A DNA stretch of 64,000 nt from Selaginella moellendorffii (taxonomy: Eukaryota; Plantae; Lycopodiophyta). The notes below the pieces were generated by a model. That model searched no databases and had not been told where the DNA came from. It worked only from the letters and a program-made list of their open reading frames with translations. The stretch covers positions 1,371,309 to 1,435,308 of the forward strand of contig NW_003314267.1 in assembly GCF_000143415.4 (NCBI RefSeq). The letters run 5' to 3'. A program made the translations under genes and the position numbers. Below, one piece after another: positions 1 to 12,730 of this stretch. Positions within the stretch are counted from its first letter, which is position 1. Each line of letters opens with the position of its first letter.

Positions 1-251
1 TTCCCTAGTCACAGAACAAACGTTGCGTCGCTTCTCCTCCGTTAGGTCTAAAAAGGTCGCATATGTCCGGAGGATATCCTCCTTGGAACCGTTGGATAAT
101 CCAATAGGGCTGCTTACGTGGGCCGTCGGATGTCGCCGTAAGGCCAAGTGTCACACCGCGAATCCGACGACCACGATTTCTTCAAGACCGGAAGTGCCAC
201 ACCGCGAAATTCGACGGCCAGGATTTCTTCTAGACGGGAATCAATGGCCAG

Positions 252-2762
252 ATGTCGAGCAGCCTGTCGCTTCTTTGTTCCAAGCAAGGCCCACTCCACG
301 CGTTGAGGGCTTTTGCGAGCGCTCATGTTCTTCACGTCGATAGGGCTCACAGCGAGGCGGATCTGGCACGCCAGTGCAACGATGCCAGAGATCTCTCCCA
401 TGCCCGCCAAATCCACGCTCGAATTCTCGCCACCGAGTGGCGCGGCAGCGTTTTCCTGGGAAATCAGGTCATTCATATGTATGGGCGATGCGGTAGCGTC
501 GGCGACGCCGATCGTGTGTTTCACGCGATGGAGCGGCGGAATCTCTTCTCATGGAACATCGCCCTCGCGGCATATGCCCAGAACGGGCATCTTGCCGAGT
601 GTAATGCCGGGTTCTCGAGGATTCCGGAATGGAATGTTGTGTCGTGGACGGTGATGATGGTGGCTTACACACAAAGAGGGAATGTCCAGGGCGCGAAGGA
701 AACGTTCGATCAAATGCCGGAGCGGAATGTCGTGTCTTGGACGACCATGATCTCGCTATATGCCCAGTCAGGGCATTTCGAAGATGCCAAGAGAATGTTC
801 TCTTTAATTCCGGAATGCACTGTGGTATCCTGGACGGTCATTTTCCAAGCCCACGTTACCAACGGCCAGATCGACAGCGCCAAAGCCGTGTTTGACGAAA
901 TGCCCGAGAGGAACGTGGTCGCGTGGACGGCCATGGTCTCGGCATATTCCAACCTCCACAGGCCGGAAGATTCGCTCGCGTGGCTCAGCAGGATGCCACA
1001 GTGGAACGTGGTCACGTGCAACGTCATGCTGGACGGCTACGTGGCACGGGGCTTCTTTGACGACGCCGCCGCGCAGTTCCACGTCGTCCCCAAGGATGTG
1101 GTGACGTGGAACACCATGCTGACGGCATGCACGGAGCACGGCCACGTCGACCTCGCGGTTGAAATGTTCCACAGGATGCCGCAGCACACCGTGGTGACGT
1201 GGAACGCGATGATAGCCGGGTATGCCCGTAACGGGCATCTGGACGAGTCAAGGGCGCTGTTTGACTGCCTAGACGAACGCAACGCGGTGACGTGGACAAC
1301 CATGATTTCGGCGTACGCGCAATGTAGATTACTGCGGGAAGCCGCGGTTCTGTTCCACGACATGCCGCAGTTAGACGCACGGCCGTGGCACGTCATGGTT
1401 GCGGCATATGCCGAGGCAGGGCAGTTTGACGAGGCCAAGGCGCTGTTTGAGCAGTCCGACGCTCGGGATTCCACCACGTGGACGGCCATGATGGGCGCGT
1501 ATGCTCACCACGGCCAGTGGGAACAATCCAAGGCCTTGTTCGATGGAATGCGGAGAAGAGCTGTGGAACCATGGAACAATTTGATCTCGGTGTATGGCCA
1601 ATGCGGCTATCTGCAAGACGCGATCGAGGCATTCCATAAGATTCCCCACCGGGACGTGATCTCCTGGAACTCGATCCTCACGGCCACCGCGCAAAATGGA
1701 CGCCTGGACGATGCCGAGGAGCTCTTTCGCCAAATCCCCGAGACGAATCCAGTTTCTTACAACATCCTCCTCCAGGCGCACGCTCAATCCGGCAACATCG
1801 ATCGAGCGCTCGCTTTGTTTCGATCGATGCCAGGGCTCGGGATCCTGGCGTGGACGGCGATGATCCTGCTCTACGCCAAGACCGGCAATCTGGACGACGC
1901 GCGGGAATTTTTCCGCAGAATGCCGCAGCGCGACGCCTTCTCGTGCATCACCATGATCATGGTGAGCGCGATGAAGGGGAATCTCTCGGAATCAAACCAG
2001 TGCTTTCGCGAGATCCGCTACCACAACCTCGCGTCCTGGACGACGCTGCTAGTGGCAAATGCCCAGAACGGGCATCTGGAGGTAGCGCGAGCGTTGTTTG
2101 ATCTCATGCCCGTACGAGACAACGTGTCATGGAACGCGATGATCACGGGCTACACCTCGAAGGGCGGTACGGAAGAGGCCCGGCGGATATTCGAGTCCAT
2201 GCCGGAGCGCAACGCGGCATCTTTCGGCGCCATGATCTCGGCATATGCCCAGAACGGGTATATTCCCCAGGCGCGTGAGGTCTTCGAGAGTGGCGGCTCC
2301 TCCCAGCACGACGCCTGGAACGCCCTGATCGCGGCACTGGCGCGCGATGGCCACGCCGCCGACGCGATCCATCTCTCGCGCGCGATGGCACTCGAGGGCT
2401 ACGCGCTGGATGGCGAGTCCTTCACGGCCATCCTCACGGCGTGCTGCCACTCGGGCAACATTGGGCGAGGGATCCGTGAGTTTGGATCGATCGTGGATCA
2501 CGGGCTGAGCCCAATTGGATCTCACTACTGCCGGATGATCGATCTCCTGGGGCGTGCCGGGGAGCTGGGCAAGGCGGAGGATTTGATCGCGGCAATGCCA
2601 TTCCCGCCCTGTGATGTGGCGTGGGGGACGCTCTTGGGTGCGTGTAAAGTCTCGCCAGATGTGGAGAGGGGGATGCGAGCGGCAGGGCAGGCATTGGAAC
2701 TGGATGGCCAGAGATCCGGCCCCTATGTCATGCTCTCCAACTTGTACACGAGAGAGGCGTAG
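252..2762 (+). CDS. PLS-class pentatricopeptide repeat protein with C-terminal E domain (organellar RNA-editing factor type), no DYW domain
   Basis: 836-aa single-exon ORF with >20 tandem ~31-aa repeats (MPERNVVSWTTMISLYAQSGHFEDAKRMF-like) and an E-type tail YCRMIDLLGRAGELGKAEDLIAAMPFPP...WGTLLGACK...PYVMLSNLY. Confidence 0.95.
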   Translation: MSSSLSLLCSKQGPLHALRAFASAHVLHVDRAHSEADLARQCNDARDLSHARQIHARILATEWRGSVFLGNQVIHMYGRCGSVGDADRVFHAMERRNLFSWNIALAAYAQNGHLAECNAGFSRIPEWNVVSWTVMMVAYTQRGNVQGAKETFDQMPERNVVSWTTMISLYAQSGHFEDAKRMFSLIPECTVVSWTVIFQAHVTNGQIDSAKAVFDEMPERNVVAWTAMVSAYSNLHRPEDSLAWLSRMPQWNVVTCNVMLDGYVARGFFDDAAAQFHVVPKDVVTWNTMLTACTEHGHVDLAVEMFHRMPQHTVVTWNAMIAGYARNGHLDESRALFDCLDERNAVTWTTMISAYAQCRLLREAAVLFHDMPQLDARPWHVMVAAYAEAGQFDEAKALFEQSDARDSTTWTAMMGAYAHHGQWEQSKALFDGMRRRAVEPWNNLISVYGQCGYLQDAIEAFHKIPHRDVISWNSILTATAQNGRLDDAEELFRQIPETNPVSYNILLQAHAQSGNIDRALALFRSMPGLGILAWTAMILLYAKTGNLDDAREFFRRMPQRDAFSCITMIMVSAMKGNLSESNQCFREIRYHNLASWTTLLVANAQNGHLEVARALFDLMPVRDNVSWNAMITGYTSKGGTEEARRIFESMPERNAASFGAMISAYAQNGYIPQAREVFESGGSSQHDAWNALIAALARDGHAADAIHLSRAMALEGYALDGESFTAILTACCHSGNIGRGIREFGSIVDHGLSPIGSHYCRMIDLLGRAGELGKAEDLIAAMPFPPCDVAWGTLLGACKVSPDVERGMRAAGQALELDGQRSGPYVMLSNLYTREA

Positions 2763-2989
2763 ATTTTCTGTACGAGAGGATGGATTGATCAAAAACAGCC
2801 TGGATTTTTTCACAGCACAAGCTCAAGAACTGACACATTCGTTTCTAGAAGGATGAATCGATCTAACTTGTAAGACGAAGCTCAAGAACACAAACGCGAT
2901 TTTAATATTTTTTTACCTTTTTTCTTTTTTCTTTCGAACCAATAAAAACAATATCTGGTTAAAATCATAAAAATAGGAAATCATAAGTA

Positions 2990-3310
2990 AATACCTTTTG
3001 CACTCAGTTGCATAATACGTACATGCATTGCAGCTTGACTCCCCTTCCATAAGCAAGAATAATCTCGCTAATCATAGTCAGTTGTGTCACTTTGGTCTAG
3101 TAGTTTTCCTTCTGGAGATACCTACAAATTTCCAACCTTAAGAAAAGAAGACAATTAAAAACCTACCTTACATCATCCCACAGAAAGATCCTCATACCCT
3201 TTTCATCGTGAGGGAAGTATTGCCAACCCACCCTGAACATCCTCTATTTCACTCTTCAGCTGGGGGTCTCCTCACCACATGTTTCAATCGCATCAGCATC
3301 TCCGAATAGT
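2990..3310 (-). pseudogene. Degenerate, internally deleted duplicate of the 4478-4938 gene segment
   Basis: Shares CCTTTTGCACTCA, CCATAAGCAAGAATA, TTTTCCTTCTGGAGATACCTACAAATTTCCAACCT, CATCCCACAGAAAGA and CTCATACCCTTTTCATCG with 4478-4920, with deletions. Confidence 0.7.
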
Positions 3311-4477
3311 CCACTCTTCTCACATGGTTTAAATTAAAACAAGCAACTGGTGTCGAGGGTATTCCTTGGGCCTTGATTGGTGAGTCTTGGATGAAGTTCC
3401 ACGACCACCACAACTGATGCGGTCTTGTTTTACATCAGATCTCAGGAAGAGGAACGTACATCCTCCGGCTCGGAGACAACGTCTATAAACGTATGACATT
3501 CATGCTTCTTTCCGTAGTGACAGGCTACGGACAAGTGCTAGTACAGCTTTAGTTGTGGCTATCTTTATGGGGGCCCGATCTAGTGAGATTGCTCAACGAT
3601 TTACCGCTATGTTTTGCTCTCAAACTGGAAAGACAAGCTCGCGCTTTGGATGCTTCTTCAATGCAGTTTTCTTCCAAGTGTCTAAGCCGAGAGAGAGGCA
3701 GTGACGAGAACAATTTCTCGCTTTGATAACATCTTCCATATCATTGGTACTCGGTGATGTCGAGGCACACAGATCCAAAGCCAGGGCACGAGTCTATTCA
3801 CCCTGACGCCTTGCTGAAGTGTTACTTAAACCTTTCTGTGCTAAATATTTCCATCTGTCCAGAGATCTGAGATCTGTTCTTTGAAACGATGTTCAACGGC
3901 CATGTTTCTTGGAACTCGTCTCAAAAATGTGACACAATAGCTTCCTTGATCCTGGAGACCAGAACTATTGATAATCAATTTTGTTATGGTATTGTTAGAT
4001 TGATAGGCAACTTCAGGACGAACACTAAGCATCTGCAAGAAGGTATACTGTTTACGTAACATTTGAACCTTTGAGATTAGTTTTGTTCTCCAATGACAGG
4101 GAGAGAAGAATCACTAAAGGTTGTAGTTTTTGTGTTTGAATTGGTGGCTTATGAATCACGTATATCTGTCTGCAAAAAAGGCAAGTGTCAAACAGACTGA
4201 GAGCAAAAATCTCAATCCCTAGACGACAGGAACCACCAGATCTGATGGAAGTCTGTGCTATAAAGTGCCTCCCAGGGACGCACAAAGGCCACGCAAATAT
4301 TGATACAATTGCTGTGGAGAGAACTTCCATATATGAAGCAGGTAAACATCAAGTGTATTGATGTTCGCTACTCATGCAGGCTGAACCAAATAATAAAATA
4401 AATTTATATAATTTTTATATTTATTGCTAACCATACCACGTACCTAGGAATTCATAAAATCTTTATGCCATAACTCT

Positions 4478-4938
4478 ATACCCTTTTGCACTCAATTCCA
4501 TAAGCTCTGCAAAAATTGCATCTTGACTCTCCTGCCATAAGCAAGAATAGTTTCGCCAATCATAGTCAGTTTTGCCACTAGTTTGGACTACCGATTCCAA
4601 TACTTTTCCTTCTGGAGATACCTACAAATTTCCAACCTCAAGAAAAGAAGATAAAAGAAAAACAGTTGAAAACCTACCTTCTGGACCAAATACCTCACAT
4701 ATACATGCTCCTCATCATCCCACAGAAAGAGAGCCAGAGCCCTCATACCCTTTTCATCGGGAGGGAAGTATTGCCCTCCTTTGACAACCCAACCCTGAAC
4801 ATTTTCTATATCAATCTTCACAGGGAAGTAATCCCTCTCAGTCACAGGATCGACGATGGGTGTCTCCTCGACAGAGAAATCCACCACATATCCGGGATGT
4901 TCCAACTGCATCAGCATGCTCCGGATAGCTTCTTCCAT
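4478..4938 (-). CDS. Exons of an intron-containing gene of unknown function (may continue toward ~3600)
   Basis: ORF MEEAIRSMLMQLEHPGY...YLVQK ends at a GTAGGT donor; after a short pyrimidine-rich intron an open exon follows (VSPEGKVLESVVQTSGKTDYDWRNYSCLWQESQDAIFAELMELSAKG). Telo-box AAACCCTAAA just upstream (~4946). No family recognised. Confidence 0.45.
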
Positions 4939-5839
4939 CTTGACAAACCCTAAACCTGACCCTAGACACTTGAAAGGCTATTTGAGGCATTTGAAAAATA
5001 CGCATCGTGTGTCCTACGCCATGGCACTCCTTCCTCCCAGAAAATTGTGGCTTATCGAGGGTCCTTGAGAATTCCAGAGATTAAATGGATGCCAATCCAT
5101 ACATAGGTCCCTGCGTTGTTGATCATCCTTTAAAGAAAGCCTTTTTTTTCTTTCGACTCAATGGACTCACAATAGAATTTCAGGCCGGGACTTCTACTCG
5201 TTTAGTCTGTGTGAATCAAAGGTCTGTCTGTGACAAAGGCAGAATTTGTATGTTCGTTGCAGCGATCTTGATGGTCTGATACCTATCACGCGAGAGCTTG
5301 ACAACGACATAGGAAATCCATGTAATGAAGCAAATGGAGCTCAGAAACGGGAGCCATCCGTGAAGAAGTTGGACAAGAAGAAGCCGAGATCTTCCAAGCT
5401 CGGCAGCAGCAAAAAAAAAAGAGAGTCACAAAGAAAGAGAAGGTGAGGAAGGAATAGGATAACAACAAGCGGGGAGAGGAGGAAGGAAAGCAAGGCGAGG
5501 AGGGGAAGAGGGGAGTTTCAAGCTTGAGAAAACGAGGAAGAGGAAGAAAGTTCGCCTATAGAGGAAGAAAGAGGACACTCCATGAGTTTATTTTGCTGTT
5601 TCATTGGATGAGACGTCCACGGCTCGAATCACATCGTTGTCTTCTTTCTTTTTTAAAATCTTTAGAGAGAATTTAGGGGTTTTGGCGCAGGGAGCTCAGG
5701 CAAGGGAATGCATGGGCTATGTGATCTTCATTGGGCTCGATTGGTCGCGCTTTAGATCACAAGCTACATTCATGAGGTATGGATCTTTACCGGGCTCGAG
5801 CGCTTGCGGTTCTTATTGTCCTTTCTATCATATGACATA

Positions 5840-5882
5840 GCCACGTGGACCGTGACTATGCCACGTGGATGTCATACGTGGC
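5840..5882. promoter_or_regulatory. Cluster of G-box/ABRE-like elements
   Basis: GCCACGTGG twice plus TACGTGGC within ~45 bp, between two divergently oriented genes. Confidence 0.35.
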
Positions 5883-6109
5883 AGTGTTTAAATCTTTTTG
5901 GCGGGATGGGCAAGACGGCTGGGCGCTTGCTTGCTTCTGTGATGCGCCTGATGTCTCTATCGTGCTCAAGGTCATACTGTCAATGCTAGCAAAGGAAATC
6001 CCCTAACAGCAGATCTCTGGTGCTTTTTCATGCAGGGGCAGAGCCTGCCTTTCATGGGAAGTGACAACTATCTGATTAATTCTCTCGTCAGGCCGAGGGA
6101 AGGAATCCC

Positions 6110-6580
6110 CGCTCAGTTCCAGGTGTTGCTGCTCCCCAGATTCAAATGGCAATCGCAGGTTTGTTGCTTTAGCTTCATCACAGGACGAGGTTCTAAGTCT
6201 TTTTTGTTCTTTGTTCTAGGAATTATACAACATCAATGCTCGTGGAGATAACGTTCCCTTGGATGGAGCTCAGTCCCTGCTGCTCCCCAGCTTCAAATGG
6301 CAATCACAGGTTTGTTGCTTTAGCGTTATCACAGGACAGGTTCTAAGTCATTTTTATTTTTTCTTCCAGGAATTCTCCAACATCAATGCTCGTGGAGATG
6401 ACGTTCCGTTGGATGGAGCTCAGTTCTTGCTGCTCCTCAGCTTCAAATGGCAATCACAGGTTTGTTGCTTTCCATAAGCTTAGCTTCAATGCAGGATGAG
6501 GTTCTAAGTTTTTTTATTCTTTGTTCCAGAAATTCTACAACATCAGTGCTTGTATACTCGGAGGTAATGTTCCCTTGGGT
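6110..6580 (+). repeat. Tandem ~150-bp exon+intron units (90-nt exons at 6220-6309 and 6370-6459, diverged third from 6530)
   Basis: Repeated AG|GAATT...CAACATCAATGCTCGTGGAGA...CTTCAAATGGCAATCACAG|GTTTGTTGCTTT units. Confidence 0.75.
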
Positions 6581-6927
6581 GGAACTCGAGCTGCTACAAG
6601 CATTGTTCAAGAGTCGCTCATCATTGGCTCGACTGTAATGGTTTTACCGGCCTTTCATCTTGTGAGGTAAGTGGTAGTGTGACTTTTATTTGACTTGTGT
6701 TTGAATTGTTTCCCTCTGTTGCCAGTGCCAATCATAAGGGGAAAACTCGGGCCGACAAGATTGCTTGCTTTGAGATCGAGAGCTGCACTGGTGAAGTGAG
6801 TTTTTCAATGGAACTCTCAAGCCTTGTGAGCATACATCCAATTGGCTGCTGCCCCCACAAAGGCGAGTGCATAGATTCTGAAACTCCTATAATGTAGGAC
6901 TTATAACGTTTTTTTTTTATCGTGCAG

Positions 6928-7797
6928 GATTCAAGCCCCTCCTTGAGGAGGTGGAGAGATATCTTCTGGGGCACAAGATCATCTCCATCTCTATTCCAAG
7001 CCAGCAAAGCCAGCTCATAGAGCATGGTGAGCATTCATTTAAAAAAGCAAGATTTCCTGGTTTTATTATTTGTTTCTTGTGTAGGAACTATTGGGCTAGC
7101 ACTACTTTGCAAGCAAGGATTCTTGGTTCTCTTTGATTCCCTGACAACTGCAACTGAAGGTGATGGAAGTGTTGTTGAGATGAGAAGGAACGTGCAGAAG
7201 ATTGTCGAAGTAAGAAGTGAGCCAAGACTTCGAGTTGGCTTTGCTGGGGAAGTAGCTGTGTGTCGTCAACTCATCAAGCTTTTGCAAGTGAAGCTGAGCA
7301 AGAAGGAGTTGACACATTGTGATGCCGTCAAGTTCATGATGAAGAAAGCAAACCTGTTCTCAAGCACAGATGGCAACTTCAGTGCATCTTTCTTCATCTA
7401 CGATGAGAAGACACTAGTGATGATCAAGGATGAAGGCAACGGATTTAAGGCAACAGCGCTTACGAAGGAGCAATCAGTGTTGGTCATTGGTTCCGGAGCA
7501 CGACAAGCACGAATGATTCTTGCACAGCCGGTTCAAGGACAGAACCATGGGGAAGCAGCAAGTGTGGGAGAAGCTCTTTCTTTGGGTCTCGACGCCTTTG
7601 CTCAAGCTTGTGTTGAGAATCCAGAATGTGGAGGGGATTTGTGCGTCATTGACGGCAGCAGAAACATCGACTTTGGTGGAATGGAGTTCAAGAAGGCACT
7701 TGAAAGAGCAGAGTCGGATAACGTTTCCTTCCAGTATGCGAGGCGAGGAGTGCAAAGAAACGCGATGAACATCAATATTGCATTGTTTGGCAAACAG
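6928..7797 (+). CDS. Divergent proteasome beta-subunit-like Ntn hydrolase (core exons; whole gene probably spans ~6030-8360)
   Basis: Removing a 58-nt GT-AG intron (7027-7084) gives LIEHG/TIGLALLCKQGFLVLFDS (Thr1, Asp17), then QKI, GFAGEVAVC, VIGSGARQA and ENPECGG. These are collinear with beta5 HG/TTTLAF...DSR...KKI...MAGGAADC...VGSGS..A...RDxxSGG. Confidence 0.7.
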
Positions 7798-8719
7798 GTA
7801 AACCTCTCATCTTTAGCTCTTTCTGCTCTAGTTTTTTACTCGTTTTTTCTCAGCAGAAAGCTGCTTCGGCCAGGGATTTTTCTGCGGAAAATGTCCAGAG
7901 CGTCAAAGAACAAGAAAAGGTTTACAATTCTTTTGCTATGATTTGCTTTAGCTCAAAAGCAATGTACAGGGACACAACCGAGGTGGTGCCACTCATTGCT
8001 TCCAAGAGTTCAACCAGCATCAGAGGTAAGCTTGTTCACTGTAGATTTCAGAACTTCAACATTCTTACAGGAGCATCACCAGCAGCCAAAACATCGACTC
8101 ACGTGAATTGAAATCTACCAAAGCTGTGGATGTGCTAGTAATGGTGTGTTATCCTTTTCCTTTACTTTGTTGTAGCTCAGGATCAATGTATAGGTTCAAA
8201 ACCGAGGAGTCTATACGCTCGCCACTCATCGCTTCCAAGTCAATTACAAAACAAGGGAGTTCAGCAAGCACCAGAGGTAAGCTCGTTCATAGATTCAAGG
8301 AATTCTTACCACAATACATTCTTACAGGATCATCTGGTTCTCAAAAAAGTGTTGCATGATTGTCTGGTTCTAGTGAGGGTAAGTCTCAATCTCTAACTCC
8401 AGCAGCTACACTAACATACTTTCTCATACTACAAGCAGTGAAAAGGCTACGTGTTGGAACTGTATCTTCGAAGCATTAAGGTCTATTGAAAGTAAAATGG
8501 ATGGAAGGTATGATGGATTGGAAATGTCAGATCGCAGTTAGAAGAAGAGGAACATAACCGTTAGTTCACCGAGAAGAAGAAGATAAGTGTTAGTTAAGCT
8601 AGAAGAAGAGGAAGATAACCATTAGTTCCTCAGTTGCTTCTTTGTTTGTATTTTTTACTGTCGGGTAAAGCTTTTGAGATATTTGCTTGGCCAGAGGGTC
8701 AAAATTATGATCTCACAAT

Positions 8720-9230
8720 TTTCTATGCCCAACTGCATGGGATGGATGACCCACGCACTCGGCTGCGAGATGGAAGAAGGGTCATAGGGAAATGAATTCC
8801 TCTCTCGATTGCAGCTGTTCTTGAAACTAGATATTGTTGACAGGAAGCAATGGCAGCAGTTCTCTACGACTGGAGTGCCGCATCACCGTCGGATTTGAAG
8901 GTAACAATCCTTTGGTCACCATCCAAAGCTTGGAGCGTTGGCAAGTATACTCGAGCGGCATGAGCATTGGGCATTCAGCAAATTGATGCTATCCTCGGAT
9001 CTTCGAGATGTATCTCAAGTGTGGGAGAAGCACTGGAAGAAATGGTACCAAGTGTGGTATGGCCAAGGTGGTGCAAAACCAACAAGTAGCTGGGAACAAG
9101 GTAGGAATCTTTCCCTCATGAACTAGGAACTTCGATAGAGAAAACGAAAGAGAACTTGCTGCGACAGCTTTTAGCGCTAGGCCACAGAGACAATGGTCTC
9201 TGGAGGAAGAGTTGACATGAATGTCCAGCA
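8720..9230 (+). pseudogene. Possible decayed paralogous relic of the proteasome-beta-like gene
   Basis: CAAGTGTGGGAGAAGC identical to ~7559-7574 (SVGEAL); CRITVGFEG resembles PRLRVGFAG; no intact ORF. Confidence 0.35.
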
Positions 9231-9454
9231 TTCCAAATTTTATTGCAAAGTGTATTATTTTAAGAGAAACTTTTCTAACAAGCTTTCAGGATCTTGTCTC
9301 CCCCTCAGTGGAGTGTGGAGGACCCGACCTCATTTAAGTCTTTGATCATTGGAAACTTCACCTGGAAATTTGAAAAAGGAAATAGAAAAAGGAACAAAAT
9401 ATGTTCTGGTTAATTTATGTAATAAAATTAATCTTGTGTTTATAAATTAGAAAC

Positions 9455-9629
9455 TGTGAGGGCCAAGTGTACGGCTATGATGCCGTATATTAATATTAGC
9501 GTAGTGGGATTTTGGTAGCCGTCGGATTGGTTTCAATCTGGACCACTCGCTCCTGTATATAAGTTAGGGTTTTTGGGCTAATGAATATGCATATTTCTGT
9601 ATTCCCTTTCTATATTCTATGCACTCACA
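9455..9629 (+). repeat. 5' LTR (family A, 175 bp, TG...CA)
   Basis: TGTGAG...CACTCACA, TATATAA box, followed by PBS TGGTGGAGGTGAGGGG (tRNA-Ala-type 3' end); ~95% match to 54733-54871. Confidence 0.85.
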
Positions 9630-9862
9630 TTGGTGGAGGTGAGGGGCACCTTTGATTGTCCCTGGGGAGTGCTTGGATTTGGGATTTCGGTTTAGATCTA
9701 GCTTTTGCATTGTCTAGATCTAGCTTTTTCCATTTCCTTTCTTTTGTTCTTTCCTTTTAGGATTTTGGTTTAGATTTAGCTTTTTGCATTGTCTAGATTT
9801 ACCATTTCCTTCCAGCTTTTTGTCATTTTTCTTCTTTTGCTTTTTCTTTTTCGTTCATCTTC

Positions 9863-11610
9863 ATGGCCGATTTGCAATCTCCTCCTTTGACTCTAGAGCA
9901 GCAATTGGTTCAATTGTTTGATGCTATGCACTTGCAATTGAACAACTAAACTCAATTGATGGTGGCATTCACGGCATGTGGTCCAACTCCTTCTGCTCTT
10001 GGTGCCAATCCTCGCGTTCGGCCGGAGTTCTTTCGTGGGAATCCTGGGGATGATGTGTACCATTGGTTCGATCACTTCATGGTGATTACCACATATCATT
10101 CTTGGGATGATGCTCGACGTTTGCGTGAGTTTCCCACGTGTCTCCAAGGGACGGCGTTGCAGTGGTACAATGGATTGAGTGTGGCCACTCGTGGGGATTG
10201 GAGTGTTCTTCCAGACATCTTCAAACGCGCCTTCGGACATGCCGACGACGGTGACGATGCCTTCCAACAATTGCATCGTCTTCGCCAAGGGCCATCTGAG
10301 TCGGTGATGCAATTTGGCGTTCGTTTCCGAAGTCTTTTGCTTCGTGCGGAGCCTAATATGTCGGAGCGGATCAAGCTAGGAATGTTGTGGCCAGCACTTC
10401 GTCAAGATCTTATTGGCCTTGTGCATGCACTTGCTCCTGCCACCCTTGACGATGCTCTTCGCTTGGCACAATGTTATGAGACGTCGCCTCTTCCACTTCT
10501 TGCTACACGTCCTTCAGCTCCACTTTCTATGAGTGATGGTCCTGTTCCAATGGAGGTTGATGCTGCTGCTACTCGAGTCCAAGGACAAGGGTGAGGACGT
10601 GGTCATGGCCGTGATGTTCGTTGCTGGGCATGTGATGAAGTTGGTCATACTTATCGGTGTTGTCGGCGCTTTCCGGATTGGCGACCTCCATTTCCTGGGT
10701 GGAGACCTTGGCGTCAGCAACGTCCTGTTGGTGCTGCTGCGGTGGAAGGTTTGGATACCGAGGTGCATTCGGGAAACGAGGAGTCGCGCGAGTAATGGAG
10801 GGACCTTGCGCGAATAAGTTAGTGACCCCTCCATCTTTCTTTCGGGAGTATCATCAAGGGGTTCACTCGGCACCGGTTCATCCAGTGTTTACTTTCCAAG
10901 CTCGTTTTTATAACAAGAGGTCTCCTATTCTTCTCTCCGTGTTGGTTGATACAGGTTCGAGTTTATCTTCTATTGCTCGACCTGTTGCCACACGTTGTCG
11001 TCTACACTTGCGTCGTGCGGTGGATCCAGTTTTCATTCTTTATGGCAACAGCCGTACACATGCATGTGCACAAGATGAGGCAGACCTGGTTGTGCGTGTG
11101 GGCGATCTCAAGCTTGAGTTGCAGTCGTTGCGGGTGGTGCCGAGTCAAGCTTTTGACCTCATTCTTGGTATGGATTGGTTGCAGTGCAATCATGCCAAAT
11201 ATGACTTTGAGGCTTCTCCCCCTTGTCTCATAGTTCCTTATGTTTCATCCATTCCTCTCACTTCCGTACTTCTTCGTCCCTCTACTTCTACCTCTGCTTC
11301 CATTACTGTTGTTCCCCCACTATTTCCTCTTGTGTTTCCATCTTGTTCTGCTCTTCCCTTTTCCGATCCCTCCGATGATCTTTGCGTTGCAGCTGTTGAC
11401 CAGCTCATGAAGGAGTATTCTGATCTCTTTGAATTTGACCTATCGTCTGGGGACAAGATTGCCACACGTCATCCCATTCCAACCGGGGATGCTCATCCAA
11501 TCAAGGTTCCTGTTCGTTGTTGGTCACCCAAGGAGATCAAGATTTTACGTGCAAACGTCAAGGAGATGTTGGAGAAGGGTGTTATTCAGAAGTCGCGGAG
11601 TCCTTGGGCA
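9863..11610 (+). pseudogene. Ty3/gypsy gag-protease and start of RT, truncated (family A)
   Basis: Retrotransposon gag (PEFFRG...WFDHF...LQGTALQWY...LRQGPSESVMQF), knuckle-like CWACDEVGHTYRC after an in-frame TGA, protease VLVDTGSS...DLILGMDWL, RT start MLEKGVIQKSRSPWA, then an abrupt break. Confidence 0.85.
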
Positions 11611-12730
11611 TGTGAACCTGCTGCTGCGCTCAACACAAGACCTGGGAGCTGAGAAACAACGTTGGGCATCTGCGACTTCAGAACTTCAATCCAGTTGAAG
11701 ACGTACATGACAATGGTCCAACCTCAATGAAAACAACAATCATGAAAACTCTGGCTGTTCAAGGATATGGAAGTCGAAGTTTGACAGGTGCTTGTTCTAA
11801 CCAAAATGCTTGTTCAACGAATTGAGAGGCTTCAACCCCAGGTCTATGTTCTCTTTAGTTTTCTTTATGGTTTCTCTAACTTCCTTTTGTTTTTGCAACG
11901 CCATGAGATTGCAACGGTGACATAGAACAATGTTCCATAGCGATAGGTAGATGGAAGTGTACGCTTTGGCATTGGCAAAATGAGACGACCTACACAAAGC
12001 TACACTGTGGTTTCCTTGAAAAGAAATGAATACATTTACAAACATTTGCCAAGTAGTTAATAAAAAACACCAGCTCTATTTTGTTAAAGTGGGATTTATT
12101 CAGTAAAATGGGACTAGGTACAAATTTTCAAGTATTTGAAAATGACGTGAAATTATATGTTTTTTGTCTAGGGGCTAGACATATCTGGGGCATGGTGACT
12201 AGCGCGGTGACTTTGTGTCCAGACTGAGTCCATCTGGTTGTATAATAAATCTCATTGTCAAGGTGAACAAGCCGAATCTGAAGCTAAAGAAGAGCGATGG
12301 CATGCGCGCACACACTATTTGTTTGTTCATTGAGCGTGTGGTGAGCTTTCCAAGATGAACGTCATTCCTATTAGCCAGACATATAACTTAATGGTGAGAA
12401 CATTTAGATATTATTCAATGTTATCTTTTTCTAACGAATCTAATTGTGAAGGTGTAGCAAGAGGCATTGCTAGTCTGGAGAAGTCATTTAACTCATTTGA
12501 CCCTTAGTGTATTTTCATGAAACTAAATAACATTCATATTATTAAGGAATTTCTCTAGTACCTTTTTTTTACGACATAGAGGCTTGCATTTCTTTCAAAG
12601 GTGATTTAGTAAAAGGCCTGAGGGCACATGCCATTCTATTTCTCAAACCGGTATTAAGATATACTAGTGCAAAGGGAAAAAGGTATTTGGTGATCAAGTA
12701 AATGGCATGAGGGCACACGCCATTATAAGC

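Noticed and set aside
114-2813. Antisense and alternative-frame ORFs over the PPR gene
   Set aside because: Shadow ORFs of GC-rich coding sequence.
6588-6640. CCHC-like CYKHCSRVAHHWLDC in an upstream exon of the proteasome-like gene
   Set aside because: Non-canonical spacing, and that frame has a stop just upstream within the exon.
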